From an uncultured Gammaproteobacteria bacterium (GTDB taxonomy: Bacteria > Pseudomonadota > Gammaproteobacteria > GCA-002705445 > GCA-002716945): DNA of 64,000 nt. The stretch covers positions 11,225 through 75,224 of the forward strand of contig CAJWVG010000001.1 in NCBI GenBank assembly GCA_913048065.1, given 5' to 3'. The notes below the pieces were generated by a model, which worked only from the letters and a program-made list of their open reading frames with translations, was not told where the DNA came from and did not search any database. Position numbers and translations under genes: made by a program. Position 1 is the first letter of the stretch, and each line of letters begins with the position of its first letter. This document shows, piece by piece, positions 50,164 to 60,372 of this stretch.

Positions 50164-51522
50164 ATGGAAACTAAACTACCATCTATACCTAAATCTTTAG
50201 AGGCAGAACAGGCATATCTTGGCTCGTTAATCATGGACTCTTCATCTTGGGATCAAGTCTCCCATATTCTTGAAGCAAAAGATTTTTTTGATATGAATAA
50301 TAAAATTATATATTCTGAAATATATGATTTAGCTTCTGCAGGTCAGGTTATAGATGTCGTTGTTTTAGAAGATTGTTTACGTAGTAAGGGAGTATTAGAT
50401 AAAGTTGGTGGCATACAGTATCTGGGACAGTTAGCTAGAAAAGTTCCAACCTCAGCACATATAAAAGCTTATGCAGATATTATTAAAGAAAAATCAATTA
50501 TGAGAGAATTGATTAATATAAGCACTAGAACTATTCAGACAGTCCATCAAAGCGAACAAGGTGATGTAAAAAATATACTTGATAAAGCAGAATCAGACAT
50601 CTTCGGTATAACGGAAATGTCTAGTGTTAATGATGGTTTAAAGAAAATTGGTCCTGTCGTCCACTCATATATTGAAACAGTTTATGATAAAAAAAATAAT
50701 GATGAGTTAGATTATCTTTTAACTGGATACAAAGAGTTCGACAAATTAGTTGCTGGACTTCAAAAATCGGACCTTATAATCATCGCCGGTCGTCCATCTA
50801 TGGGTAAAACTGCCTTTGCAATGAATATTGCCCAGGACATTGTCTTTAAACAACATAAGAAAGTGGCATTTTTTAGTTTAGAAATGTCCGCCCAATCAAT
50901 AGCATTAAGGATGCTTTCTTCTCTTAGCTCTGTTTCACAACAAAAAATACGTACAGGCGATTATGAAGCTTCTCCACAAGACACTAAATCAGTTACATCA
51001 GCAATTGAAATGATGAATGACTGTGATTTTTACATTGATGACACCGCCGCTATATCTCCAATGGACCTTAGATCAAAAGCTAGAAGACTAAAAAGAGAAT
51101 CAGGCATTGATATGATTGTTGTTGATTATTTGCAGTTGATGTCTATCCCGCGCTATTCTGAAAATAGAGTTAACGAGATAGCAGAAGTTACACGTTCACT
51201 TAAAGCAATAGCAAAGGAACTGGATATTCCTGTTGTTGCTCTCTCACAGTTAAATAGGGGTGTAGAATCTAGAAATGATAAAAGACCTTTTTTATCTGAC
51301 TTAAGAGAGTCGGGGTCTATTGAACAAGATGCAGATTTAATAATTTTTTTATATAGAGAAGAGGTATATGATTCTAACACCGATCAAAAAAATATTGCTG
51401 AAATACGAGTAGAAAAACATAGAAATGGACCAACAGGATTTATAAAACTTACATTCGTACCACACTGTACACGATTTGAGGATCACCATCCCCAAGTCTA
51501 TGACGGGGTAGGTGAATACTAA
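50164..51522 (+). CDS. dnaB: replicative DNA helicase
   Basis: Walker A GRPSMGKT, Walker B IVVDYLQL, RecA-like C-terminal domain. Confidence 0.95.
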   Translation: METKLPSIPKSLEAEQAYLGSLIMDSSSWDQVSHILEAKDFFDMNNKIIYSEIYDLASAGQVIDVVVLEDCLRSKGVLDKVGGIQYLGQLARKVPTSAHIKAYADIIKEKSIMRELINISTRTIQTVHQSEQGDVKNILDKAESDIFGITEMSSVNDGLKKIGPVVHSYIETVYDKKNNDELDYLLTGYKEFDKLVAGLQKSDLIIIAGRPSMGKTAFAMNIAQDIVFKQHKKVAFFSLEMSAQSIALRMLSSLSSVSQQKIRTGDYEASPQDTKSVTSAIEMMNDCDFYIDDTAAISPMDLRSKARRLKRESGIDMIVVDYLQLMSIPRYSENRVNEIAEVTRSLKAIAKELDIPVVALSQLNRGVESRNDKRPFLSDLRESGSIEQDADLIIFLYREEVYDSNTDQKNIAEIRVEKHRNGPTGFIKLTFVPHCTRFEDHHPQVYDGVGEY

Positions 51523-51526
51523 TAAC

Positions 51527-51850
51527 TCACTCTTCCAATAGGCTTAATTTTCCTTTTTTACCTTCCCAGTCTTTAGCATCGATAGGAGCATCTTTGATAT
51601 TAGTCAATATAGGCCATTTTTTAGATAATCTTCTATTTATCTCTAAAAACTCTCTATCTATATCTGTAATATCTTCATCAGAAACTATTGCATTTATTGG
51701 ACATTCAGGTTCACATAAACTGCAGTCTATGCACTCATCTGGATCAATTACCAAAAAATTTGGACCTTCATGAAAACAATCAACTGGGCAGACTTCAACA
51801 CAGTCAGTATATTTACACTTTATACAATTTTCTGTGATAACATATGTCAT
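51527..51850 (-). CDS. fdxA: 7Fe ferredoxin (Azotobacter FdxA type)
   Basis: [17 protein letters not shown] ... [12 protein letters not shown]. Confidence 0.85.
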   Translation of the reverse strand: MTYVITENCIKCKYTDCVEVCPVDCFHEGPNFLVIDPDECIDCSLCEPECPINAIVSDEDITDIDREFLEINRRLSKKWPILTNIKDAPIDAKDWEGKKGKLSLLEE

Positions 51851-51880
51851 AGAATTTATTCTGCACTAAACTATTAATAT

Positions 51881-52756
51881 TTGCACATGAAAAAAATAAA
51901 AAAAGTCGTCTTTCCTGTAGCTGGTTTAGGTACTAGGTTTCTACCAGCAACGAAAGCAAGTCCAAAAGAAATGTTGCCCATTGTGGATAAACCCCTAATT
52001 CAATATGCTGCTGAGGAAGCAGTGAACTCTGGTATTAAGCAGCTAATATTTGTTATTGGAAGAACAAAAAACACAATCATAGATCATTTTGATTCGGCAC
52101 CAGAGCTGGAATCTGAATTAATTAATAAAAAAAAGACAGCATTACTTAAAATTGTACAAAAGATTGTACCAAAAAATGTTGATTGTATTTTTGTACGACA
52201 AAATTCACCTGCAGGTCTTGGACACGCAATCTACTGTACTAAAAATATTATTAATAATGATCCCTTTGCTGTTATTTTAGCTGATGATCTTATCAAATCT
52301 CAAACACCTTGCCTGAAACAAATGATTGATATATATAATGATAAACAATCAGCAGTTTTAGCACTTGAAAAGATTAATAAAAAAGATGCGGATAAGTATG
52401 GTATTGTCGAATTTCAATCTAAAGAAAAAAATATTTATGATATCAAGTCAATTATTGAGAAACCTTCGCCAAAGGCCGCTAAATCTAATTTAGGTGTAGT
52501 CGGACGATATATTTTACCTGCTAATATTTTTGATTATATTAGCAAATTGAAGCCCGGAACCTCAAATGAAATTCAGCTAACCGATGCTATTTCATCTCTA
52601 CTTAATAATCATAATATTTATGGCTATGAATTTGATGGAGCGAGATTTGATTGTGGTAGCAAAATTGGCTATCTCAAGGCAACAGTCGAATATGCTATTG
52701 ATCATAAAGAAGTAAGTAAAGATTTTAAAAAATATTTGAAAAATATAAAAATTTAA
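51881..52756 (+). CDS. galU: UTP--glucose-1-phosphate uridylyltransferase
   Basis: VFPVAGLGTRFLPATK motif. Confidence 0.9.
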   Translation: MHMKKIKKVVFPVAGLGTRFLPATKASPKEMLPIVDKPLIQYAAEEAVNSGIKQLIFVIGRTKNTIIDHFDSAPELESELINKKKTALLKIVQKIVPKNVDCIFVRQNSPAGLGHAIYCTKNIINNDPFAVILADDLIKSQTPCLKQMIDIYNDKQSAVLALEKINKKDADKYGIVEFQSKEKNIYDIKSIIEKPSPKAAKSNLGVVGRYILPANIFDYISKLKPGTSNEIQLTDAISSLLNNHNIYGYEFDGARFDCGSKIGYLKATVEYAIDHKEVSKDFKKYLKNIKI

Positions 52757-52805
52757 AAATTACATTGATGATATTGGATTTATCATTTATGATGCTTTAA
52801 ATTAT

Positions 52806-52878
52806 TCCTCGGTAGCTCAGTTGGTAGAGCGAGTGACTGTTAATCACCAGGTCGGCGGTTCGAGTCCGTCCCGAGGAG
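52806..52878 (+). tRNA. tRNA-Asn (anticodon GTT)
   Basis: Cloverleaf with acceptor stem TCCTCGG/CCGAGGA, anticodon loop CUGUUAA and T-loop TTCGAGT. No CCA is encoded. Confidence 0.85.
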
Positions 52879-52882
52879 TAAA

Positions 52883-54058
52883 TCAGAGCGAATCGATAAT
52901 TCTTCTCATTGCTTTTTCAAGAGTAGGCATATCTATAGCAATAGATATTCTTATATGCCCTTCTGAGCCAAATGCACTACCAGGGACTACTGCAACTTTA
53001 GCATTGTTTAATAAGTGCAACGCTAACTCTTTATCATCTTTAATAGAAGCACTATTTTTTATATATCCATGAAATGATGGAAAAACATAAAAAGTTCCAT
53101 CTGTTTCTTTACATACTACCCCATCAATTTTATTTAATTGATCTACGACAAAATCGTGCCTTATCTTATATTGTTCTTTCATGGATGGTAGTTCTTTACA
53201 ATCCTGAGATAGTGCTGCACATGCTGCAGCTTGCGAAATTGAACTAGCACACGATGTGCTCTGAGATTGTAATGTTTTCATTTTCTTTATTATATCCTTA
53301 CTACCAGCAGCATAGCCAATTCGCCAACCAGTCATTGAATATGCTTTTGAAACACCATTTAGTATTATTATTCTTTCTTTTAGATTCGGACACACATTAG
53401 CTAAATTGTGAAATTTTTCATTATGCCAATGAATATGTTCATAGATATCATCTGATGATATAAAAATGTCTTTATATTCTTCTAAAACTTTTCCTATTTT
53501 TTCCAGCAGCATAGAATTAAAATATTTTCCACTGGGATTGTTTGGACTATTAAGCATAAAAAGTTTCGTTCTATTAGTGATAAGACTTTCAAGAAGATTT
53601 GGATCTATTTCAAAATTATCATCATAATTAGTCTCGAGAAGAATTGGTTTTCCGCCTGAATATATTACCATGTCAGCATATGATACCCAGTATGGCTGTG
53701 GAATTATAACTTCATCGCCATCATTGATTAATACTTGTAATAAATTAAATATTGATTGCTTACATCCAGCGGATATAATTATTTCATCCTTGGAATAATC
53801 TAAGTTATTCTCTTTTTTGAATTTTGAAATAACAGCTTCTTTAAGTTCAGGCGTCCCGTCTACAGAAGTATATTTCGTTTTACCTTGATCGAGAGCTATT
53901 TTAGCAGCATCTTTAATATACTGGGGAGTATCAAAATCTGGTTCACCTACGGTTAGAACAATAACATCTTCTCCATTCTGACGCATTTCATTCGCCTTGG
54001 ATGTCAGAGCCATTGTAGAAGATGGTTTAATTAATTTTATTCTATTTGAGAACGTCAA
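52883..54058 (-). CDS. class I aspartate/aromatic aminotransferase
   Basis: PLP-Lys motif SKAYSMTGWRIGY and the NPSG motif (SPNNPSGK). Confidence 0.85.
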   Translation of the reverse strand: MTFSNRIKLIKPSSTMALTSKANEMRQNGEDVIVLTVGEPDFDTPQYIKDAAKIALDQGKTKYTSVDGTPELKEAVISKFKKENNLDYSKDEIIISAGCKQSIFNLLQVLINDGDEVIIPQPYWVSYADMVIYSGGKPILLETNYDDNFEIDPNLLESLITNRTKLFMLNSPNNPSGKYFNSMLLEKIGKVLEEYKDIFISSDDIYEHIHWHNEKFHNLANVCPNLKERIIILNGVSKAYSMTGWRIGYAAGSKDIIKKMKTLQSQSTSCASSISQAAACAALSQDCKELPSMKEQYKIRHDFVVDQLNKIDGVVCKETDGTFYVFPSFHGYIKNSASIKDDKELALHLLNNAKVAVVPGSAFGSEGHIRISIAIDMPTLEKAMRRIIDSL

Positions 54059-54129
54059 CGTATTTCCTTGATATGTAATATTAGCTTAAATAAGTCTTTT
54101 AAGTCAACTTCATGTTAAAATATATTCAA

Positions 54130-56175
54130 ATGAAGAAGTTTAATCTTAAATCTAATTATAGCCCTGCTGGCGATCAACCAATAGCGATAAATTCTCTAAT
54201 TGATGGTATCAGCAATCATGAAAAGCATCAGACTTTGCTAGGTGTAACTGGATCCGGTAAGACTTACACAATGGCAGAGGTTATAAAACAAACCGGCAAA
54301 ACCACGTTAATAATGGCACCAAATAAAACATTGGCTGCTCAACTGTATTCGGAAATGAGAGATTTTTTTCCTGACAATTCTGTTGAATATTTTGTTTCTT
54401 ATTATGATTATTATCAGCCCGAAGCTTATGTCCCTGTGTCAGACACATTTATAGAGAAAGATGCCTCACTAAATGAACATATCGAGCAGATGAGACTGTC
54501 TGCCACAAAATCCTTAATAGAAAGGAAAGATGCTATTGTTGTAGCTAGTGTTTCTGCCATATATGGTCTAGGTGACCCAAAAACATATTTCAAAATGAAA
54601 CTGCATTTAGTTGAGGGCGATATAATAGATCAAAGGAAGATATTGCGGCGTCTCAGTGAATTACAGTACACTAGAAATGATTTAGAGTTAAGAAGAGGGA
54701 CTTTTCAAGTCAAAGGAGAGATAATCGATATATTTCCAGCTGACTCTGAAAAAGAAGCTCTAAGGATTGAGTTATTTGATAAAGAAATTGAAAATTTATA
54801 TTTATTTGACCCATTGACAGGTCAAATTATTAAAAAATTAAAAAGATTCACTGTTTTCCCAAAAACTCATTATGTCACACCCAAAGAAATAATGGATAAT
54901 GCTGCCATTCAAATCAAAGCCGAATTAAAAGAACGGTTAATTCATTTTCAAAAAGAAAATAAAATTTTAGAAGCACAAAGACTAAAAGAAAGAACCAATT
55001 ATGATTTAGAGATGATTGCTGAAATGGGTTATTGTTCTGGTATAGAAAATTATTCAAGATATATTTCAGGAGGCAAACCCGGCGAGCCTCCTCCCTGTTT
55101 ATTAGATTATCTTCCTAAAGATGGATTAATAATTTTAGACGAAAGCCATGTAACAGTTCCTCAGCTAGGTGGAATGTATCGAGGCGATCGATCTAGAAAA
55201 CAAACACTTGTTGATTATGGTTTTAGATTACCATCAGCTCTGGATAATAGACCTTTAATGTTTGAGGAGTTTCAAAAATATGGCTTTCAAACAATCTATG
55301 TATCTGCAACTCCTGGACCATATGAAATTGAAAAATCTGATAGAATTACCGAGCAGGTAATTAGACCTACAGGATTAATTGATCCATCTGTAGAAGTTAG
55401 ACCTTCATCTAATCAAGTAGAAGATTTCTTATCAGAAATTTCTAAAGTAGTTAAAAACAAAAACAGAATATTAGTGACGACATTAACAAAAAAATCAGCT
55501 GAGAACTTAGCCGAGTATTTTACCGATGAGTTTAAATATAAAGCTAGGTATCTTCATTCTGACATTAATACAGTTGAAAGATCCGAAATTATTCGAGATT
55601 TACGATTAGGTATATTTGATGTGCTTATAGGAATTAATCTATTGCGGGAAGGACTAGATGTACCTGAGGTAGAGCTCGTAGCAATTTTTGATGCAGATAA
55701 AGAAGGTTTTTTAAGATCAGATAGATCTTTAATACAAACAATAGGTAGAGCTGCCCGCAATATAAAAGGCAGAGTAATCTTATATGGTGACACTATAACT
55801 AAATCCATGCAGACTGCTATTGATGAAACAGAGCGTAGAAAAGCAGTTCAATTAGCTCATAATAAAAAACATAATATAAAACCAGCAGGCATCCAGAAAG
55901 CAATTAATGAAGCTTTAGATCAAGATATTTATGTTTCTGATAAGAAGATATCTAAATTAACTCTTATTTCAAATATTAAGAAAAACTTCCCTAAAATTAA
56001 AGGAGATAATGCTGTTTCTGTTATAAAAGATTTAGAAAAAATAATGTATTCGCATGCAAAGGATTTAGAATTTGAAAAAGCGGCAAAAATCAGAGATCAA
56101 ATAGAATCTCTTCAAGCAAATTTTTTAGATATGCCAAGTCAGTCAATAAGCACTGATAAGAAGAGACGGGGGTGA
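54130..56175 (+). CDS. uvrB: excinuclease ABC subunit B
   Basis: [15 protein letters not shown]-terminus, Walker [10 protein letters not shown]-terminal UvrC-interaction coil. The start is set at the ATG matching homologue N-termini; the ORF continues upstream to 54112. Confidence 0.9.
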   Translation: MKKFNLKSNYSPAGDQPIAINSLIDGISNHEKHQTLLGVTGSGKTYTMAEVIKQTGKTTLIMAPNKTLAAQLYSEMRDFFPDNSVEYFVSYYDYYQPEAYVPVSDTFIEKDASLNEHIEQMRLSATKSLIERKDAIVVASVSAIYGLGDPKTYFKMKLHLVEGDIIDQRKILRRLSELQYTRNDLELRRGTFQVKGEIIDIFPADSEKEALRIELFDKEIENLYLFDPLTGQIIKKLKRFTVFPKTHYVTPKEIMDNAAIQIKAELKERLIHFQKENKILEAQRLKERTNYDLEMIAEMGYCSGIENYSRYISGGKPGEPPPCLLDYLPKDGLIILDESHVTVPQLGGMYRGDRSRKQTLVDYGFRLPSALDNRPLMFEEFQKYGFQTIYVSATPGPYEIEKSDRITEQVIRPTGLIDPSVEVRPSSNQVEDFLSEISKVVKNKNRILVTTLTKKSAENLAEYFTDEFKYKARYLHSDINTVERSEIIRDLRLGIFDVLIGINLLREGLDVPEVELVAIFDADKEGFLRSDRSLIQTIGRAARNIKGRVILYGDTITKSMQTAIDETERRKAVQLAHNKKHNIKPAGIQKAINEALDQDIYVSDKKISKLTLISNIKKNFPKIKGDNAVSVIKDLEKIMYSHAKDLEFEKAAKIRDQIESLQANFLDMPSQSISTDKKRRG

Positions 56176-56234
56176 GATTATCAAATATAATTAGCTTGAG
56201 AATAGCGTATTTGCATGTTAATTTTACATGACTT

Positions 56235-56308
56235 AGGCGCGTAGCTCAGCTGGTTAGAGCGCCACCTTGACATGGTGGAGGTCGTTGGTTCGAGTCCAAT
56301 CGTGCCTA
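56235..56308 (+). tRNA. tRNA-Val (anticodon GAC)
   Basis: Cloverleaf with anticodon stem CCACC/GGUGG, loop UUGACAU and T-loop TTCGAGT. Confidence 0.85.
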
Positions 56309-56319
56309 AAAATAGAATT

Positions 56320-58242
56320 ATGTTTAAAGTTACTGTAGATAATAAAGTTATAGAGTCCAACAAAGAAATCTCAATAGAGGAGCTTGTTAAAACTAATTTC
56401 TCATATGATGATATTGTTGCTGCTAAAGTGGATGGAACTTTGGTAGATTTAAGCCAGTTAATTAAATCAGATTGCGACATTAGTCTTGTTAAATCTTCTG
56501 ATGAAGAAGGTCTTGAGATTATTAGACACACGTGTGCACATGTGTTTGGCCATGCAATTAAACAAGTTTATCCAGAAACAAAAATGGTTATAGGACCAAC
56601 TATAAATAATGGGTTTTACTATGATATTTTCTCAGATAATAGCATCTCGGAGAAAGAGTTATCATCAATTGAAAAATTAATGAAGAAGTTATCTAAAAAA
56701 AATTACAAAATAATAAGAGAGGTTATTGATAAGGATAAAGCTAAAGAAGTTTTCACAAAAAGAAATGAGGATTATAAACTTAAACTAATCGAAGAAATCC
56801 CAGAAAATGAAACTATAGCAATTTACCATCATGAAGAATATATCGATATGTGCAGAGGACCACATTTAACGAGTACAAAATTTCTTAATTTTTTTAAACT
56901 CATGAAGGTTTCGGGTTCTTATTGGAAGGGTGATTCAAAAAATCAACAGTTACAGCGTATTTATGGGACAGCTTGGGATACGAAAGATAACTTAAAATCA
57001 TACCTTAATAAATTAGAAGAAGCCGAGAAACGAGATCATAGAAAAATTGGTCAAAAACTCGACCTATTTCATTTTCAAGAAGAAGCGCCTGGCTTGGTGT
57101 TTTGGCATGATAAAGGATGGAGTCTTTTTAATATTATCAAAGATTTTATAACTCAATACCTCAGAGTAAACCATTATCAAATAATTAATACACCTCAAGT
57201 TCTTGATAAGTCATTATGGAAAAAATCTGGGCATCTTGATAAATTCTCAGATTTAATTTTTGATGTAACTTCAGAAAGTAAAGAATTTGCAATAAAACCA
57301 ATGAGTTGCCCAGGTCATATCCAAGTCTATAATCAAGGTTTAAAAAGTTATCGAGACCTTCCAATTAAGTATGCGGAATTTGGGATAGTACACAGAAATG
57401 AACCCTCAGGTACTTTGCATGGATTGATGAGAATCAGGGGATTCACGCAAGATGATGCTCATATATTTTGTACACCAGATCAGATTGAATCTGAAATAAA
57501 AAAACTCATAAATGATATATATGATCTTTACAATACATTTGGTTTTACCGAGATTAAAGTTGAGCTATCAACTAGACCAGAAAAGAGAGTGGGAAGTGAT
57601 GAGATATGGGATAAATCTGAAAAAGCTTTAGCTTCGGCGTTAAATTCTAGCAGTATCAATTTTGAACATAATGAGGGGGATGGAGCTTTTTATGGCCCAA
57701 AAATTGATTTTTCTCTATTGGATTCATTGGAAAGAGAGTGGCAATTAGGAACTATTCAACTAGATTTTTCTATGCCAACAAGACTGGATGCTAATTATAT
57801 TGGAGCTAGTGGAGAAAAAATTGCTCCTGTGATGATTCATAGAGCCATTCTTGGCTCATTAGAGAGATTCGTTGGCATCCTATTAGAGGAATATGCTGGA
57901 GATTTACCACTATGGATGGCTCCTGTACAAGCCGTTATATTGAATATATCTGAAAACCAAGCAAATCATTGTGAAGAACTAGCTGATGAACTAAACTCAG
58001 CAAACATAAGATGTTCTGTAGACTCAAGAAATGAAAAGATTAATTATAAAGTACGTCATCATAGTATGATGAGAACCCCATATTTACTCATAATTGGGGA
58101 TAAAGAGTTGAAAGACAACCATATATCAGTCAGAACCAGAACTGGCGAAGATCTGGGTGTAATGAATGTTGATAAATTTGTAAAAATGGTAGAAACTCTT
58201 GTAGATGAGAAGAGTAAAAATTTAAATATCAACCAGGAGTAA
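56320..58242 (+). CDS. thrS: threonine--tRNA ligase
   Basis: MFKVTVDNK aligns to MPVITLPDG of E. coli ThrRS. TGS domain, Zn-binding CAH, class II motifs. The start lies 11 nt after tRNA-Val and has no SD. Confidence 0.95.
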   Translation: MFKVTVDNKVIESNKEISIEELVKTNFSYDDIVAAKVDGTLVDLSQLIKSDCDISLVKSSDEEGLEIIRHTCAHVFGHAIKQVYPETKMVIGPTINNGFYYDIFSDNSISEKELSSIEKLMKKLSKKNYKIIREVIDKDKAKEVFTKRNEDYKLKLIEEIPENETIAIYHHEEYIDMCRGPHLTSTKFLNFFKLMKVSGSYWKGDSKNQQLQRIYGTAWDTKDNLKSYLNKLEEAEKRDHRKIGQKLDLFHFQEEAPGLVFWHDKGWSLFNIIKDFITQYLRVNHYQIINTPQVLDKSLWKKSGHLDKFSDLIFDVTSESKEFAIKPMSCPGHIQVYNQGLKSYRDLPIKYAEFGIVHRNEPSGTLHGLMRIRGFTQDDAHIFCTPDQIESEIKKLINDIYDLYNTFGFTEIKVELSTRPEKRVGSDEIWDKSEKALASALNSSSINFEHNEGDGAFYGPKIDFSLLDSLEREWQLGTIQLDFSMPTRLDANYIGASGEKIAPVMIHRAILGSLERFVGILLEEYAGDLPLWMAPVQAVILNISENQANHCEELADELNSANIRCSVDSRNEKINYKVRHHSMMRTPYLLIIGDKELKDNHISVRTRTGEDLGVMNVDKFVKMVETLVDEKSKNLNINQE

Positions 58243-58264
58243 TGTTATTGCAATTAATAAAAGA

Positions 58265-58762
58265 ATGAGAATGAACTCTAGGATAAACGTCCAAGAAGTC
58301 AGACTCATTGCATCTAATGGCGATCAAGTTGGTGTAATAGACACGGCTAAAGCCTTAGAGCTAGCCAAAGAAGAAGAATTAGATTTAGTCGAGATAGTGC
58401 CAAATCAAACTCCTCCAGTATGCAGGATAATGGATTATGGTAAATATAAATTTGATAGTCAAAAAAAAGCTCATGCAGCAAAAAAGAAGCAAAAACAAAC
58501 TCAAGTAAAAGAAATTAAGTTTAGACCAAACACAGAAGAGGCCGACTACCAAGTCAAGCTAAAAAGTTTGATTAAATTCTTAAATGGTGGAGATAAAGCT
58601 AAAATAACTATGCGTTTTAGAGGCCGTGAAATTGCACATCAAGTTATTGGGCGTGATTTTCTTGATAGAGTACAAAAGGATTTGGATGAATACGGAATAG
58701 TTGAGCAAATACCTTCATTTGAAGGAAGACAAATGGTAATGGTTATAGCGCCGAAGAAATAA
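58265..58762 (+). CDS. infC: translation initiation factor IF-3
   Basis: [20 protein letters not shown]-domain; thrS-infC-rpmI-rplT order. Confidence 0.9.
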   Translation: MRMNSRINVQEVRLIASNGDQVGVIDTAKALELAKEEELDLVEIVPNQTPPVCRIMDYGKYKFDSQKKAHAAKKKQKQTQVKEIKFRPNTEEADYQVKLKSLIKFLNGGDKAKITMRFRGREIAHQVIGRDFLDRVQKDLDEYGIVEQIPSFEGRQMVMVIAPKK

Positions 58763-58808
58763 ATCCTGTATACTTATATCGTTTTTAAGCTTAAATAAGA
58801 GGAAGCCA

Positions 58809-59003
58809 ATGCCAAAAATGAAAAGTAATAGTGGTGCAGCAAAGAGATTTTCTAAGACACCTTCTGGAGAAATGAAAAGAGCGCAATCCCATCGCAGGCA
58901 TATTCTCACTAAAAAAAGCACTAAACGCAAGAGACATCTTAGAGATGATTTGATGATCAGTAAGGCTGATAAGGCTCTAGTTAAAAGGATGTTACCATAC
59001 TAA
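58809..59003 (+). CDS. rpmI: 50S ribosomal protein L35
   Basis: [14 protein letters not shown]; AAGAGGAAG SD. Confidence 0.9.
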   Translation: MPKMKSNSGAAKRFSKTPSGEMKRAQSHRRHILTKKSTKRKRHLRDDLMISKADKALVKRMLPY

Positions 59004-59017
59004 TTTAGGAGATAAAC

Positions 59018-59371
59018 ATGGCGCGCGTAAAACGTGGTGTAGTAGCACACGCAAGACATAAAAAAATATTGAAACTTGCCAAAGGTTATAAAGGAGCAAG
59101 GAGTAAAGTATACAGAGTTGCTAAACAAGCTGTCATAAAAGCAGGACAGTATGCATATATAGGCCGCAAACAAAGAAAAAGACAATTTAGATCTCTCTGG
59201 ATTACCAAAATAAATGCAGCAGCTAGATTAAATAATATGTCATACAGTCAATTTATGAATCAGTTAAAAAAAGCTGATATTTCAATTAACCGTAAAATGT
59301 TGGCTGAATTAGCAATGAACAATGCTGAAAGTTTCACAGCAATTGTAAATTCTATAACTAACCAAAAATAA
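59018..59371 (+). CDS. rplT: 50S ribosomal protein L20
   Basis: [16 protein letters not shown]. Confidence 0.95.
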   Translation: MARVKRGVVAHARHKKILKLAKGYKGARSKVYRVAKQAVIKAGQYAYIGRKQRKRQFRSLWITKINAAARLNNMSYSQFMNQLKKADISINRKMLAELAMNNAESFTAIVNSITNQK

Positions 59372-59386
59372 CTTTTCCTTTACTCT

Positions 59387-60370
59387 GTGTCAAAAAAACA
59401 TACTTCACTAATATCAGAACTTAGAGGTAAGTTAAAGACATGTGATTCTTCACATGAACTATCTAATATCAAATCATATTATTTAGGTAAGAACGGTATT
59501 CTTGCTGATGAATTTATAAAATTAAAAAGTGTCAAGCTATCAGAAAAAAAAGAACTTGGTATGTCATTAAATATTCTAAAAAACGAAATGCAAGATTTAA
59601 TAAGTCAAAAATTAAATCTATTGAGTAGTGAGAATGATAAAGATATAAAAGCAACGGATGTAACTCTGCCTGGAAAAAATATTTCGCTAGGCTCAAGACA
59701 TCCTATAGCTATTACAATTAATGATATTATGGATATTTTGGGAAGCTATGGTTTTACATCTGTTGAAGGACTTGAAATAGAAGATGAATTTCATAATTTT
59801 GAAGCTCTAAATATTTCCGACAACCATCCTGCAAGAGATATGCATGATACCTTCTATGTTTCTGATAATAAATTATTAAGAACACATACCTCATCAGTTC
59901 AAATTAGATCTATGATGGTTGCTGAGCCTCCTTTAAAAATTATGACACCAGGGAAAGTATATAGATGTGATTCCGACCCAACTCATTCTCCAATGTTTCA
60001 TCAAATTGAAGGTCTACATATAGATGAAAATATAAATTTTGGTCATCTCAAAGGAACATTGATACATTTTATTAAAGAATTTTTTGGTAAAGAAATGCAA
60101 ATACGTTTTAGACCTTCTTATTTTCCTTTCACAGAACCGTCTGCGGAAATAGATATAAAATTCAAAGGTAAATGGCTGGAAGTTCTAGGATGTGGAATGG
60201 TTCATCCTAATGTTTTATCTAACGTTAATATTGATAATAAGAAATATACTGGATTTGCTTTCGGATTGGGGGTTGAAAGGCTAACGATGCTAAGACATTC
60301 GATTACTGATTTACGTATGTTTTATGATAATGATATATCTTTTTTATCACAGTTTAAGGATTTAAAATAG
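59387..60370 (+). CDS. pheS: phenylalanine--tRNA ligase alpha subunit (GTG start)
   Basis: Class II catalytic core (FRPSYFPFTEPS, GLGVERL). There is only a 15-nt spacer after rplT, so there is no attenuator leader. Confidence 0.9.
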   Translation: MSKKHTSLISELRGKLKTCDSSHELSNIKSYYLGKNGILADEFIKLKSVKLSEKKELGMSLNILKNEMQDLISQKLNLLSSENDKDIKATDVTLPGKNISLGSRHPIAITINDIMDILGSYGFTSVEGLEIEDEFHNFEALNISDNHPARDMHDTFYVSDNKLLRTHTSSVQIRSMMVAEPPLKIMTPGKVYRCDSDPTHSPMFHQIEGLHIDENINFGHLKGTLIHFIKEFFGKEMQIRFRPSYFPFTEPSAEIDIKFKGKWLEVLGCGMVHPNVLSNVNIDNKKYTGFAFGLGVERLTMLRHSITDLRMFYDNDISFLSQFKDLK

Positions 60371-60372
60371 CT

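Noticed and set aside
52821-53072. 83-aa plus-strand ORF overlapping tRNA-Asn and antisense to the aminotransferase
   Set aside because: It is explained by the tRNA and by the well-supported minus-strand gene.
56272-56319. thrS ORF-track start inside tRNA-Val
   Set aside because: The extension reads through the tRNA gene. The ThrRS N-terminus aligns from the ATG at 56320.
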